Assembly (NCBI GenBank): GCA_950097015.1
Contig: CATNEN010000008.1
Coordinates: forward strand, 1,860,001-1,924,000
Length of the DNA stretch: 64,000 nucleotides
Reading direction: 5' to 3'
Source of the DNA: Macrostomum hystrix
Taxonomy: Eukaryota > Animalia > Platyhelminthes
In this document: positions 13,076 to 26,923 of the stretch, one piece after another
How positions within the stretch are numbered: position 1 is the stretch's first letter
Layout: the number at the start of each line of letters is the position of its first letter
Notes under the pieces: model-generated
Database searches by the model: none
Told to the model about the DNA's origin: nothing
The model's input: the letters and a program-made list of their open reading frames with translations, nothing else
Translations under genes and position numbers: made by a program

Positions 13076-14752
13076 TTAATCGACGGGCATCAGGCGCACA
13101 TCCGGCAGGCCTGGCAGGCGAACACCTTCGATGCGAGTCACTGCGGCCACCGCCCTGGATCCGGCGGCGCGCTCCAGTCTGGCGATGCCGGTCATCGCCA
13201 CGTCCTCGTAGTCGTGACAGCCGAGCAGGCAGCGGCAGGCCGTCAGGCTGATGCTGGCTCGGAAAGCCACCGGGACGCTGGCGACGACGGAGTTGGCGCC
13301 GAGGCGCAGCCGACATTCAGCTGGCTCCGGGGCGGTCCAAGTGACCACGGCGCGGCCAATTTCCTGGCCGTTGCGACATGTCAGAGTGAAACGCTGACCA
13401 ATGTCCAGGGCGGACAGCGACAGGGCGTAGCCTTCAGGCCAGCTGTCGGACCAGAAATGATCCACCGGTTGTCGCTTCTCCCCAGTCTCGCCCGAGCCCA
13501 ACGGCTTAGTGTCGAAGGTAAGCCGCTTGCCGTAGCCGGCGCCGATACCGACAAGGCGCAGCGGCTCCTGGAAAACTGGCCGGCCGCTGATGCCCAGGCT
13601 GCGCACTCGGTACTTAAATCCGGGCATAATCTTCGGATCAATGTAGGTGCCTGAAAGATACACGAAGAAGCGAAACCAATGTCAAATTTTATTCTCTTAT
13701 GCTCAATCAAGCGTCAATCGAAATTGTGAGTTTTAATCTATACCACGTACTAGCTCACTAAATTTCCCGGATCAAGTTTCTAATGCTCCACGCGTAGTCC
13801 TGTCCCTCGTTTATTGGATGGCTGGAAAACATCGCGTGACAAATGACCTTGGATGCAAGAATTATGACCAACTACGAATGTATCAGTTGCTATAAGACTC
13901 ACCCTTGACTGGCAGTTCATTCTGACGCAGTCCCCAGACTTCGTAAGTCATTCTGAGATGTTCATCGGTGACGAGTGTCGGCTCGTCGTCCATCGCCAAA
14001 GCCTGCAGATGGCGAGCGAGCATCTCATCAGCATTGTTGCTGCTGGTGCTGGTGCTGCTGCTTCTCCTAGAGCGGACTATCGGAGCGGTGATGCTCTGAC
14101 AGTCGTCGCACGCGCAGTGCCGCACCCAGCAACTGTTGCCATGGAGACGGTTTAGGCTGAAAGAAAAAAACGAAATCCATGTTCGTATTTTTCTACTGTG
14201 AGTAGCATCATTGGTACCAAATAGTGTTAACAACACGTCATGGAAATTTCTAGAAAACTCTTTAATACGAGTTTACTGTTCCACTATGTCCATCACTAAT
14301 ACGGATTTCGTGTCCGCCACTCAATTTTAACTACTTTAAACTTTAACAGGTATTACTAACAAGTAGCCAAAGAAGCCTGATATGCGTTATTATGTACTAG
14401 ACAAGTTCTTAAACCAAAATTCTAATAACTAAACATTTATAGCAAACAAGCAAGAGGACACACGTGCCTTTGCGGCTTGATTTAAATCTCCATGACAATA
14501 TTCGTATTGTGAAATCCATCTTCGCAAGCCGCTAGAATTTTTAGCACATGTTACTTACCAAGCCTTCTTTGCCTGTTCTGGCCAGTCTCCGCAGTGCAGC
14601 GTAGCAGCCGCCGTATTACCGTTGATGCCAGCAACGCTGTTGCTAGGGGCAACAATGGCGGCCTTATTGAGATGAAAAACGCCGCCGTTGGTCGGTCGCC
14701 GATCAACCAAGAGATCGCCGGCCTCTTGAAAGGTACAATAGTAGTTGCTCAT
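13076..14752 (-). CDS. Uncharacterised protein, 340 aa; exons 14752-14559, 14156-13903, 13650-13076
   Basis: GTAAGT/TTTCAG and GTGAGT/TTTCAG introns join three ORFs in frame (1023 nt incl. stop); globular-looking C-terminal region GTYIDPKIMPGFKYRVR...GYGKRLTF...FWSDSWPEG; family not recognised. Confidence 0.85.
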
Positions 14753-17700
14753 AATTAGGTTTCAAAAGAGTTTAGACTTAAAAATGGATTCAAAATTGCA
14801 GCAAGTATTGATCGAATTTACACTGGCTGAGTTTGTCTGATGCTCTGGACTGGTCTCCACACTGATTCTCTCCTCCCGCCGATGGGTCGTCCTAATATAC
14901 CTTCGTACAGAGTTCTCCCTGAAGGGCGTAGGCGGGGGGTTTGTCAGGGGTTTGGCCAATAGGCGATCAGGCAAACGATCACGCATCGAACGCGTGGGGC
15001 CTTTATTTTAAGATGTCTGGACTAGTGAGCTTTTAGAAATTTACTGAACACGTGGCGATCACGCCTTGGCCTAGTGGGCGCTGTCTAAAAATAGAACGCC
15101 CAGGAGATTCCCCGCACACCCTGCATGTCTAGAAAAGACGGAAACTGCCATGCTGATCACGCCTCGCGCTCGTGCAGTTCTGTGGTTCTAAAAATAGCTT
15201 ACAAAACAGGTTTTCGTATTTACTGCTACAGTGTTTTCCACTGGAGAGCACGCGCTGTCAACGCGTGACTGCGTGATTTCCCTCTTGCTACAGTTTGTGC
15301 AAAATAGAAAGAGAAAGCATAGAGACCGTGGAAATCTGGCCCAAAGAAAGTCTATACTCTACAATCTACATATCCAGAATTCCGTGCGAGAAGACAGCAT
15401 GAAAATATTTGTGCAGGCCTGTTTTCTGTCTGTCTGCGGCCTTAGACTACCACACCAGTGACCTTGGGACTGGGAGGATTTCTGTGGCGCTGCTTGAAGC
15501 AGTTGCTGACCGCCCCCTATTTTTTAAGAGAACAGAGTTACGGGAACCCTGGAGTTGCTGTCGTACTCTGGAGTTGGGGAGGCTGCAACCACGTGCTTAT
15601 TATACCCCTGAAATCTGCACAAAACAATTTGTTATCTTGAAAGTTAGGAAGACTTAAATAAATTAGAAACGCAGCACATAGAGACGCTTTATGAATTGCA
15701 GACCGAGAGACAATTGCAATTGAATGAATGAATGGACTATAAAACGATACTAAAACAATAAAAGACACGAGGGGTCAAGTAAGACAGATAAGATAGCAAA
15801 TTTGCAATGAATGGCCAATCGCCCAAACGGAAATACGAGCTCATCTTATAAAGCAACGTCCGCGCCTCATAATTTACTTAGTCTACTTAGTACAAGCTTA
15901 AGCCCTTGAATCTTAACTGAGGTTTTTACTCATGATTAGCAGTCGGGATTAGCACAGGACATAAGCTTTTTGTGCGAAGCAGGTAAATGATTCGCTATTT
16001 CCGACAATCTTTGACAATGAAACATGCGCAGGAAGTTAGTGGTATTAGTTAGTTAATACAAGGCTGCATTATTTAGATTTTATCTAAGTCAGATTGAGCG
16101 CACGCTGAGAACTCTTTCTTGTGATACCTTTCCACCCTGACAACTAAAGTAATTAAGGGGTCAGATTGCGATTCTAAAAATGCTTTAAGTGCATTTCATC
16201 AGCGAGGTTGGTGAGAAAATATAAAAGGTACGATTTCAAAGCTTTATATTCAATGGTTATAGGACTTCAGAGGTTCACGACAAATTGTTGTGCTTAAGAA
16301 ATTGAGTGCAACTTATTTAGTTTACTGGCTACTGGCTATGCTGGCTACTTAAGGGAAGCTGCATTTGTCATCAGCTATTATCTTTCTTTCACTTCTTTAG
16401 TTTCGTGAGATTAATTTTTGCTCAGTGGACAAATCCAAACGTATAAAATAGAAATAGCTTCCATTAAACATAAGCATCTATTTCTGTTCAAATTTTCGCA
16501 AGCCCCAAAAGCAAATTATAGAGGCTAGCTGGAATGAGAGGCAAAGAGAAAATAGATGCAGAAAGCAGTGAATATAGCACGTTTCAAAAGCGTGATGCTG
16601 GACATTTGTAGTGCATTCGTAGACATTTCCACAATGCGCCTATGCAATTTCATATAGTACGTCATGTTAAGCTTGTCCCTATAACTTCGCTTGCAACGCA
16701 CACAACAATTTTCCCCTCGATTTCTCTCTCTTCCTCATTTGGGTAAATTGGCCGGGGTCATATTAGGACAAGCATTTGTTGCTATGCAGCTATAATTTTT
16801 TGGCACCAGAAACATGCTTTGCTATTACGACAAGCTGCTGCTAGATAATAGATCAGACCCGAAGTTTTTTTATCCACTGTCAGCTCACAGTTTTAAAATA
16901 ACTTTGGTTTTGCGAGATCCGGTTGTGAAATGTTTCATGTAATTTAAGTTTCATCAAAAAATGCTTCGAATTCACTTTCAGGACTGATTCGGTGTTTGAA
17001 ACGATCGATGCTTTCTACACGTACCGTTAAGACGAATAGTGAAATTTTGAGTTAAGAATATTCTGAGTTTGAGTGAGATACTGCTTTACTTTCGAGGATA
17101 AAAGAATCAGGATTAATAAAGTTTTGGTGTTTCGAAACGAAACGATAATTACGGCCTACGGATCTGTGACCGTATCGGGACGATTCAAACTATACGGGTG
17201 CATAGTAGCCGAAAATTAACGTATTTTCCATTAAACCGGTTGCAGTAACCAGATAATAGTTCTTAGGCATATCTAGCCAGCCAATTATGCACTACACTTT
17301 TCATATGATAGAGTACTTTTTTAAGATGTAAAAGATTTAATCAGTAGCGAGCTATAGAGCTTGGAAACTCCATCACAGTGAATAGAGCAGAGCACACGCC
17401 GCCTACACTTGAGTCGCCGCGGTTCGGGTTCTGCTCTGTCTTCTCATCCACTTCTTGTTATCTGTCTATAGTCGAGTATTTTGTGTTATCACGCAACATG
17501 CGCGTGACTATAAGCCCTTATAGGGGCACACAAAACAGGAGTCAGCCAATAAACAGCAGCCCCCATTGGCTAAGACTAGAGTAATTAGAGCCACACAATG
17601 TTCTCTGGAAATTTCTGGAAGCAGCCGCTCTCTCACTCTTATCTTTTTTAAGCCAATATATCATATAGTTCCCCATTTTTCGAATGTAAAATTTAGTGCA

Positions 17701-19798
17701 TGTGAACGTAAACATGTGTATACACGCTTGAGTGGTATCAGCGCTCTGATTTCACTTCTCACTGTTTAGTGTTGTCAGATTACAGGCAGATACCACACAT
17801 CAAGTCCTATTAAATTATTTGTCGGACAGTTTTCGAGGTGGTGCAATTTTTGTTAAAACTAATTAATTAAGTTTTTATCTTAGCAACAGATAACAGAATA
17901 TTTTTAGCTGACATGAACGCAACAGAATTCATAAACCGTAAAATAATTAGAGATTCACCACAGTGTCCAAAGATTTTTAATCCGTGGTTTAATCAGATCA
18001 GTTTACAAGAGTCAAAAGTTTCCAATTCCAACTGCACTGTCATTATGATGGACGAATCTTTGAACTTCTATTGTTTTTTTACATCCGTTGGTGAGCACCG
18101 CATTGAGAATTAGTTGGAGGGCATTGCCTTGTATAGTTTAAACGTTACAACGCATATGCCTGCAGTTTTAGTAAGTATATATAAGCAGAAGTGGTGTTTA
18201 CAGAATTAACCAGAAGTAAAGTATGACGTATGAGATTATCTTAGCTACACAGGTTCGATTAGAAATTACTAGTAGCAAATATATAAGTTTACGGAGATCA
18301 AGAAATGAAAAAAACGCAGACGCTGTCAGAAATCAAGTCTTAAGACTGATTTATTGCAGCGAAAAAAATTCTGTGACTTTCATACAACGCAACTAAAGTC
18401 CGAGGGTAGAAATGCTCAGTTCTGAATACTTAAATTAATTAGCAATGAAACGTCTCGATAGATGGAATTTCCCCGTACTAAACAAAAATAAGCTCACGAT
18501 GGAAATTTCTTCAACGTAAATGCCATTTGAGCTACGCTTTTTGTGAAGTTTTTTTGAGAGCACATATGATGTGAACTGTCCATAAGTTACACCATAAGTT
18601 GTTTATTAAGTGTAATAATCAAATTACACAAATATATCTACACGGTATTAATTACTGTCATAGAAAATAAATATTTTTCTGTTTTTTGTGCAGGTGTTAA
18701 CCAGACAATTAAGAAACTATAGGAGCAGAATATACCTGCACTGATTTATAAGACATTTTAACTAATAAACACTGCAGAACGGCTGTGGCTTAAAATATTC
18801 AGTACTGTGCTCAGTTGAAATATGATCAGAACGAAAATAATGCGTTCAGGCAGAGTTTCCATTTTCTGTCGATGCCAAAGAAGTCGGTTGATGGAAAGTA
18901 TTTTCTTGAAATTATCACTTTGACGAGAAAGGCCAGCTCACCCCATCTCCTAAGCCCATACCTCTGTTGGAGTCTCATATTGAGCAGAAAAAAAAATTTC
19001 TATAACAGCCAATCCACTCTGATCCAAAACATACTACTCGTGTCCAAGAGTTAGTAGCATTTGAAGAAATTTATCGGAATAGCCACCGGACTCCTGGTAC
19101 AGAAACCAGATGCTCCAACCCCAGCGAAAGGCGACGTTTCTCCTCTAACTCACGTCAAGCCGCCAGTGGTAGCAAACAGCGCTGATGGACGCGCTTGCTT
19201 CTAGCGGGCCATCGCGCCGTACTCCTAGTTACATGCATAATGCGTTCAGCACCCAGATATTGTATGCCGTTTTTTTACCATCCTCCAATGCAAGCCTGCT
19301 TAATGCGAAGATTAAGCAACAGTCTGACTACAAATGCGCACGTAAGCTTGCACTGCAAGAGTCTAGCAAGTAGGAGCAAAACATCATAAATCAAAGCCAG
19401 GAGACGTCAAAGACAAAAAATGTTCTATTGGTAATTTTAATTTGAATTCGATGATGAAAAAAGTGGGTGCTTCAATAGAATAATATTTTGAATCATAAAA
19501 AAACTACAGCACCAATCGAGCTCACAAAATCAGCATTTTCGATTAAAAAAACAAGAGTGGAATCAACTATGTTGGGTTTAGTAAAAAAAGTAAAATTTAC
19601 TGGTAAAGTTGTAACTAACCTATGCGAAATTTAATGATCAAATAAAGCAAACAGTTAGCGAAAAATATATACAAAATAGCACTTATCATACTACTAGAAA
19701 ATTTGGACAACAGTAGCTCAAATCGCATATTGCAACTAAAACAAGCTTGGCATGCGCGCTTAAATTCTATCTGGCTTGTTCGCACTGAGCCTTTTGAT

Positions 19799-21769
19799 TC
19801 AATTGGTGGGGCCGCCACCCGGCTGCAGGCCTTCGTCGCGAACCTCTTTTAAAAATTTGATCAACGGCTGGCCGCCTGTGCCCAGTTCGGCCAGGCTGGC
19901 GAAATCGGTGCGCACCCGACCGGCTGGTGCCACGACGTAACGCGACACCAGGCCGATGTGGCGCTTGCGGAAGCCGGCCAGAACGTCGATGGCGCGACTG
20001 TGGGAGGCGCGCAAACGCGAATCTGGGCCAGCGTCGGCTAACAGCTGGGGTACGCGAGTTTCCTTGGCGAGATCGCTCAGCAACTGACTGTTGAGGAGGA
20101 ACACGGATGAGAATCAGGAAGTGCTTAGATTCATCAGAAAACACGATATTTAAGTCCCAAGCTAGTGTCCCAAGACCATTTTTAACACTGGGGAAAGACC
20201 AGGGGGTATTTTAAATATCAACTGCCTACTTCACTCCATAGTTCACTCTTCACTCCATAGCCTAGGGAGATTCAGAAAAAAGAAAAAACGTGACTATTCG
20301 AAATACCGCCGTAGCCTTCTCCATCATTAACTAACCGATGCCTGGGATGCATGTAGTTAACCATGTCGGCCATGAAGGCAGACTCGTGCCGGATGCCCAT
20401 CATGGCGTCCACGGACTGCAGGATTGCCGACTGAGCGGCGCTGCCGCCGCTCAAGCGCAACGGCGTCGTCTCGAAGCTGCAGCCCTGTGAGTTGATTGAG
20501 ACTTCAGTATTGCGTCTGAGACTGGGATCCCTTCAGAGGAGTGTCACTGAAGGTTCTGATGAGGGTCCCTTAAGTTTCTCAGTAGGGTTCCTGCAGGTTC
20601 TGAGGGGTGCGCTGAAAGTTTTAAGGAGGGTTACTGAAGGTTCTGAGGGGGTCACTGAAGGTTCTGAGGGGGTCACTGAAGGTTCTGAGGGGGTCACTGA
20701 AGGTTCTGAGGTGGTCACTGAAGGTTCTGATGAGGGTCATTTAAGGTTCTGAGGAGTTTTGAGGAGGGTCACTGAAGGTTCTGAAGAGGGTTACTGGTGG
20801 TTCTGAGGAGGGTCACTGAAGGTTCTGAAGAGGGTTACTGGTGGTTCTGAGGAGGGTTACTGAAGGTTCTGAGGAGTTTTGAGGAGGGTCACTGAAGGTC
20901 CTGAAGAGGGTTACTGGTGGTTCTGAGGAGGGTTACTGAAGGTTCTGAGGAGGATCACTGGTGGATCTGAGGAGTGGGTAGCTGTGGGTCACTGAGACTC
21001 TATTAACTGGTTTTACCTCAAAGACCAGACCCTCATGTCCGCTGAAGTAGGGCCGGACATCCCTATAGAACTCGTCGGGATTGAGCAGTCGACTGAAGTC
21101 GTCGAACCGTTTAGTCATGCCGGCCAGGCAGTCGCTGAGTCCGTCCAGGAGGCCGGCCACTTCGTCCGGACAGCGGGACTCGGCGCAGCGCAGAAGCAGC
21201 GGCGCAGCTTTGGCAAAGTCCAACTCGAAGGCGCTGGTGATGAGCATGAAGGCGTTAAATGCCGGTGACGGCCCAGGCTGGCAGAGTAGGCGGAGATCTT
21301 CAACTCTGCCCGACCAGACCGCGACGCCAGTAGAGTTGTCGCGGGGCAGTTCGCAATTGGCCAGAGCCATTGTGGCGTGACTGATAGTTGGCTGCAGGCC
21401 GAGACTGGTGGACACGCAGTGCAGAGGTCTGGCCAGCTGGGGTGGCAGTCGGTCTGGCGCCTTGGACTCGCCCCGGTGCCAGAGGTAAGCCGCTGCGGAG
21501 CAGGTGAGGCACAGGTGCAGGCGGCAGCGAGTTTCCAAGCTCCAGGCGGTGGACATTTCATTTAAAGCCTCGTCCGTTGGAACAGCCAGATCGGAGATGG
21601 CCCACGCAAAGTCGCACCAGGCATTCTCAGTATCTGGCTGGGACAGTAGGGGCACGATAGAGCTGGCTAGCTTGTCATAGGCTTGCCAATCGGTAGGCAG
21701 CTTTGAGCAGGCATGCTCAAGCAGGAATCCAGTCCTACTGCTGATCTGATACTCTTCAAGTGTTCTCAT
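19799..21769 (-). CDS. IDO: Indoleamine 2,3-dioxygenase family heme protein, 396 aa; exons 21769-21017, 20484-20336, 20087-19799
   Basis: IDO motifs: GFLL at N-terminus, LGLQPTISH..LAN, EFYRDVRPYFSG, GGSAAQS, RKRHIGLVSRY (proximal His), GTGG..L..FLKEVRDE; three exons splice in frame at GT/AG (1191 nt). Confidence 0.93.
20530..20968 (+). repeat. 21-bp minisatellite (GGGGGTCACTGAAGGTTCTGA) filling IDO intron 1
   Basis: Period 21 (VTEGSEG pseudo-translation); lies between donor 21016 and acceptor 20485. Confidence 0.9.
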
Positions 21770-22270
21770 TTGCTTTCAACTTGTAGTGCTTAGTGCTGCA
21801 ATCAATTTAATTTCAATTTCAATTTTAATTCATTATAATTATAATGGCCCAGAGAAAGGACTTATTATTTTTAACTGTCTCAAGAATTCATCTTGGTGAG
21901 TCTGATGCAAGCTGAAATTCAATGCTGCATATATTGCAATATTTGCTTATCAGAATCAATCATACGAGAAATTAGAATAGAACTCGTAGAATTCTAAACT
22001 CTCGTATATGGAAGTGAAGGCCTTTGGGAGCTTTACATAACCGGGCCAACATGAAAATACACAAATGGATGATTCCGAATGAAAAAAACTTTTAAAGCTA
22101 GGTTAACTAGGTAGTACCTTAAGGTTTAATTAAATCTACAGGCTTATAATTTTGCCATCTATTACTATATTTACTAACTCTTAGTTGCTGGATAAATGGG
22201 TGTTATTATTGAAGGCAGCAATAAACTCACGAAGCTAATAAACTCCTAGCCGACGAGTTAACTGGCTGGC

Positions 22271-23300
22271 TTAATAGCTGCCGAGTCCAGTTCTTAGCAG
22301 AAGATGTAAAATAGGATGCTGACGCTCACACTGCGTTCGGAACCGCAGGTGCGGTAGATGCTCGAATATCAGTGAGCATGCTGACTCGAACAGGATGTGC
22401 CGATGTCGTGAATTTAGAAACCTGTCATTGCTCTGAAGCCTTGGAATTATCTTCCAGGCTTCGTTGCAGATGGAAAATGCTAGGTCAGACGGTTCTGTCA
22501 AGCCACGGCGATTGATCTGTCGCAGGAACGTGAAAGGGTCCAAGCTCTCTGCTTGTGAATCGGAAGCAGCAACCAGCAACTCGGCACAAGATGGACAGTC
22601 CTTTTGCGCGGCCATGGACTTTGTAAACTTTCCCGCGACGTAAAATGCTACTGCGTCATCAGCAGCGCTTATTTCATCGTCTTGATTCTGTTCGCCCACT
22701 CAAGTTGAGTTGGCTCATCATGGGCATTGAATTTCCTCACCATCGATTAAGCAAAGTGTTGCTTGACTTGTTTTCAACAGGATTACAAAATCAGCGGGCA
22801 TCAAGTTGCTTTCTACCTGCACCTAAATGTCAGTCAGTGAGCTGATCCCGTCAGATGTTAGAAAGTCCTGCGCTGCATGGCCATCCGTTTTTTGATTGGC
22901 TTCCAGCCTTTTCTCGGCTGTGGCGGAAATTCCTCGTGATTTAGTAACAGGCGGCAGCAGACGTTCAGGAAGCTCCGGGAAAACGGAGGGAACTGCTCTC
23001 CTTTGAAGTATTCTGCTCCGTAGCAGCTGACCCTCTCAATCACGCTTGTGAGTCCTGTCAATTAGATTAGAGTCCTGTCAAACACAAACGAAGTCTGCAT
23101 CGGTAGAGTGCTTCAAGCAGAGACGAGACTCCTTGGTGGGAATATAGACCTCACGCCGATTGCGTCGCAATCATTCTTTTGGTGTAGCTCTGGTTGTTGC
23201 AGTGGAAATTCATGGAATGAAACTCTGGCGTCCAATGTACTGGCAGACGATGCAGATGAATCTTTGCTGGGATAGCCAGAACGACAGACAAGAACCTGTG
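22271..23300 (-). pseudogene. Degenerate, internally deleted THAP9/P-element-type transposase remnant
   Basis: THAP-like C-x-SGY...VSFHEFP, Trp mutated to TGA at 23173-23171, PTKESRLC..H, AVPSVF box near 22990, with frameshift and stops; then P-transposase C-terminal-like FYVAG..C..C..L..RRGL.EPS; no catalytic core in between. Confidence 0.75.
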
Positions 23301-24194
23301 TCTTGATTCTTATATCTTGTCATTATGACCAAGACCTTTGCACAAAGAACTGTACATCCCTCCTCCCATGCCACCCTTCCGTTCACAGAATATAATTTTA
23401 GTACACTCAGCATATACAAACCCATGGCCCTAATCTCAACTGAGGATGTCAATTTTGAAAACCTCATTTGTGCACAGCTCACATTCATTGAGGCAAACGT
23501 TTCTTCCACTGTCCCTTTAAAGAAAGCGTTTTAAAGTCTAATGCACATATGTACTCGTACAGCTCTATTATCACTGGTTACTCAATCCTCTACAGTCTGC
23601 TCCATACCCCTCTCGACCCGGCCGGGGTGTGGGAAAAACAGTTGGTTATATAAATTTTTCAGTCATCTAAAAAGCCTTCACTTCCATATAATCTAGAATT
23701 TTATAATCTTGAATCAATTATTTATAGCTATAAATAATCATACACATCACAATTGAACTATTTTTTATGTTTTCGACTAATAGTTGAGAAGAACAAAAAC
23801 AGGAAAGTTTTTTCTAGTTTTTTATTTAAAATTTATAAGATTAAAGGGAAAAAAGATTACTAAGCTATGCTAAAAATTGTTACTGTATTTGAAAATATTG
23901 ACATTGTATAGTACATCCCGATTGTTTAAGTTACACAATGCACCGAAGTTTAGTTATTTTTTTACCTTCTTGTAAAAATTAACTTGCAATGTCCATACTT
24001 TATCAATAAATGTATGCTGCAGATTTTCTTATCATGCACAAAAATAATATTTTCCAAGCAATAAAAAACTCCCGAACCCTACTTTATCCTAACCATAACG
24101 CTACCAATATTTTAAATTCAAATAAATTGTTAAGATATTTTTTCCCGTAGTGGATTAAATCGGATTGAATATATTTTAAACGGTCTTAATAGTC

Positions 24195-26296
24195 GGGTGT
24201 GTATAAAGCCAGGGCTCGGCTGGAGGTCAGTGGCATTAAAACAAAGTTTAAAGAATAGTCGGGCAGATAAGTCGAAACATGAAGAATAAAAGAAATTCAT
24301 ATGCGTGTATAAATTATGATTGTTTTTATAAATTTTTTATTTATCTTTACATCACGAAGTTAGTTACATATATTTTTTTTAATTTCCTTTTTACCGGCGG
24401 TAATTACGTCAAATATTAAGTCATATATTAATATTAATAAATTTAAGTCAAATAGAGGCTATTCGAATTTTAAAACGGCGAAAGCTTTCGTATAAATATA
24501 TTATCGTAGGGGCTTATAAACCGCTCATAAGCCCGTTATAAGCCGAAGTTTATTTTGAACGACCAGACCAAGTTATATTATAAGTAACATCGCTGCTTGA
24601 AGCAGTTAGTGGCGAATAAGAGTTACATCAAGATCTAGTTGAAAAGTAGTTTTTCATTTGTGGCGAACGAGTTAAAAAAAAGTGGGTTTATAGCGCGTCG
24701 CTAGTGAAACGGGAGTGTAATCTTATCTAATCTTTCGCTTCCGCTTGAAATAATACGAAAGAGCCTTAGCAATACCAATGCTCAATTGTACACGCAATAT
24801 TTTCTCAATATGCCTTTTCGTAATTCAATATCGAGAATCTCATTGCAAAACGATATTCTCAAAATTATATATTATAAAATACAAAATGAAAAGAATTAAA
24901 AAATAAATGCCTTGATCAAGCCTTGTTTTGCAATAGCATGGTGTTAAATTCTAGCAATTTTCGCAGTCTATAACTTCAACTGTGTATCTTAAAGATTTAA
25001 ACTTAAAATGCAGCTGAAAGTAAAGTGTTAAAGCAGTTATAGTGACGTCCAGCTCGTTAATTTCCGAGCCATATTAACATATTGAGGTTTGCAAATAATA
25101 ATTTATTACCAAAGCAAATGTTTTTTTTTGTTATAACTTTGCTGACCTATCCAATCAGAATAAATTCCATCGACGCATATGTCAAAGATCCTAAAATTTT
25201 TTTTCAGTTTTTCTAAACATATCGGATACCTTTTCCGTGATAAATTCAGACAGCATACGCTAATAAGTACGAGTATAAAAAGTTCAATTATTTAGAGAAA
25301 TGGTTAGAAGTTATATAAAAAACATCTATTGGTGTTGTTAGACCATTGCAGTTGGTCAGTGTAAAACTTTGATCGAAAACACTCTCGGACAAAAATGTAT
25401 TGCCGACAGATTCGAACCAAAATGTCGTGTACGCGTCCTAGACGATCAAGCGTCTTAGACAAAAGGCCATCGGAAATTAACGAGTTGGACGTCACTATAA
25501 CTGCTTTAACACTTTACTTTCAGCTGCATTTTAAGTTTAAATCTTTAAGATACACAGTTGAAGTTATAGACTGCGAAAATTGCTAGAATTTAACACCATG
25601 CTATTGCAAAACAAGGCTTGATCAAGGCATTTATTTTTTAATTCTTTTTATTTTGTATTTTATAATATGTAATTTTGAGAATATCGTTTTGCAACTTTGC
25701 AAGTTTGCAACTTTTCAACTAGATCTTGATGTAACTCTTATTCGCCACTAATTGCTTCAAGCAGCGATGTTACTTATAACTTGGTCTGGTCGTTCAAAAT
25801 AAACTTCCGCTTATAACGGGTTTATGAGCGGTTTATAAGCCCCTACGATAATATATTTATACGACAGCTTTCGCCGTTTTAAAATTCGAATATAGCCTCT
25901 ATTGGACTTAATATTAATATTAATATTAATACTAACTTCGTTTTAAATATTAACGGTATATTATATTATTATATACCTTGATTGATACCTATTATACCTA
26001 TTATATCTTGATACCTATATCTTGATACCTTGATACCTATTATATACCTTTATATACCTTGAATAATATGACTGATTATTTGACGTAATTACGGCCGGAA
26101 AAAAGGAAATAAAAAAATTCTATGTAACTAACTTCGTGATGTAAAGATAAATAAAAAATTTATAAAAACAATCATAATTTATACACGCATATGAATTTCT
26201 TTTATTCTTCATGTTTCGACTTATCTGCCCGACTATTCTTTAAACTTTGTTTTAATGCCACTGACCTCCAGCCGAGCCCTGGCTTTATACACACCC
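24195..26296. mobile_element. Non-autonomous foldback element, Mutator-like, 2102 bp, ~850-bp inverted arms
   Basis: Ends GGGTGTGTATAAAGCC / GGCTTTATACACACCC; arms ~24195-25067 and ~25470-26296; perfect 9-bp TSD TTAATAGTC at 24186-24194 and 26297-26305. Confidence 0.9.
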
Positions 26297-26923
26297 TTAA
26301 TAGTCTAGTCAATATGCCCTACCTTTCTTGGAAGCCGTTTCTTTTAAAAGCGCGCGGTGGGTAAGCAGTTAAAACAAGTAAAACAAAAGATTATCGTTGT
26401 AAATTTGAGATATTTTTTATGCTTTTGCAGACAATCAGCCATTGCGTTTTTTACAATAGCTCATTTCCGTTCATACTACTCAGAATTTAATATAGTTAAT
26501 GGATTTCATGCTTAATTCCGAGACCCTGACATCCAGTAAAGCGTTTTACAGATTTCTCTCTTTCTGTAAGAGAGAGTAAAAGTTCTGTAAAAGGATCATT
26601 AACCTTTTGAGAAGTCATAATGCTAAAATGGTGTCATGTTTCGACATTAATTTAACCTGAATTATCAATTAATCGAAGAAATAACGAATAATCTGTCACC
26701 TTAAACTGCGCAAAACTTGAGTGAGCTGTTAAAACCCCGAGCTTGATCAGTTGTTATATTTAAATATTCCACAAGCTTCAAAATGACTCTATACGATGAC
26801 AGATAGAATTCTTCTAAGTTTCAAATGAAAAATGCAGCAAAAACTTGACTAATTATGTGACAGAAAACATTTGGAAAATATCTCCAGGTATGAGCCGTTT
26901 ATAGTATGAGCACCTCCACTCTA

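Noticed and set aside
15231-19400. Short ORFs in the AT-rich interval between the first gene and IDO
   Set aside because: No recognisable motifs or convincing splice-linked frames
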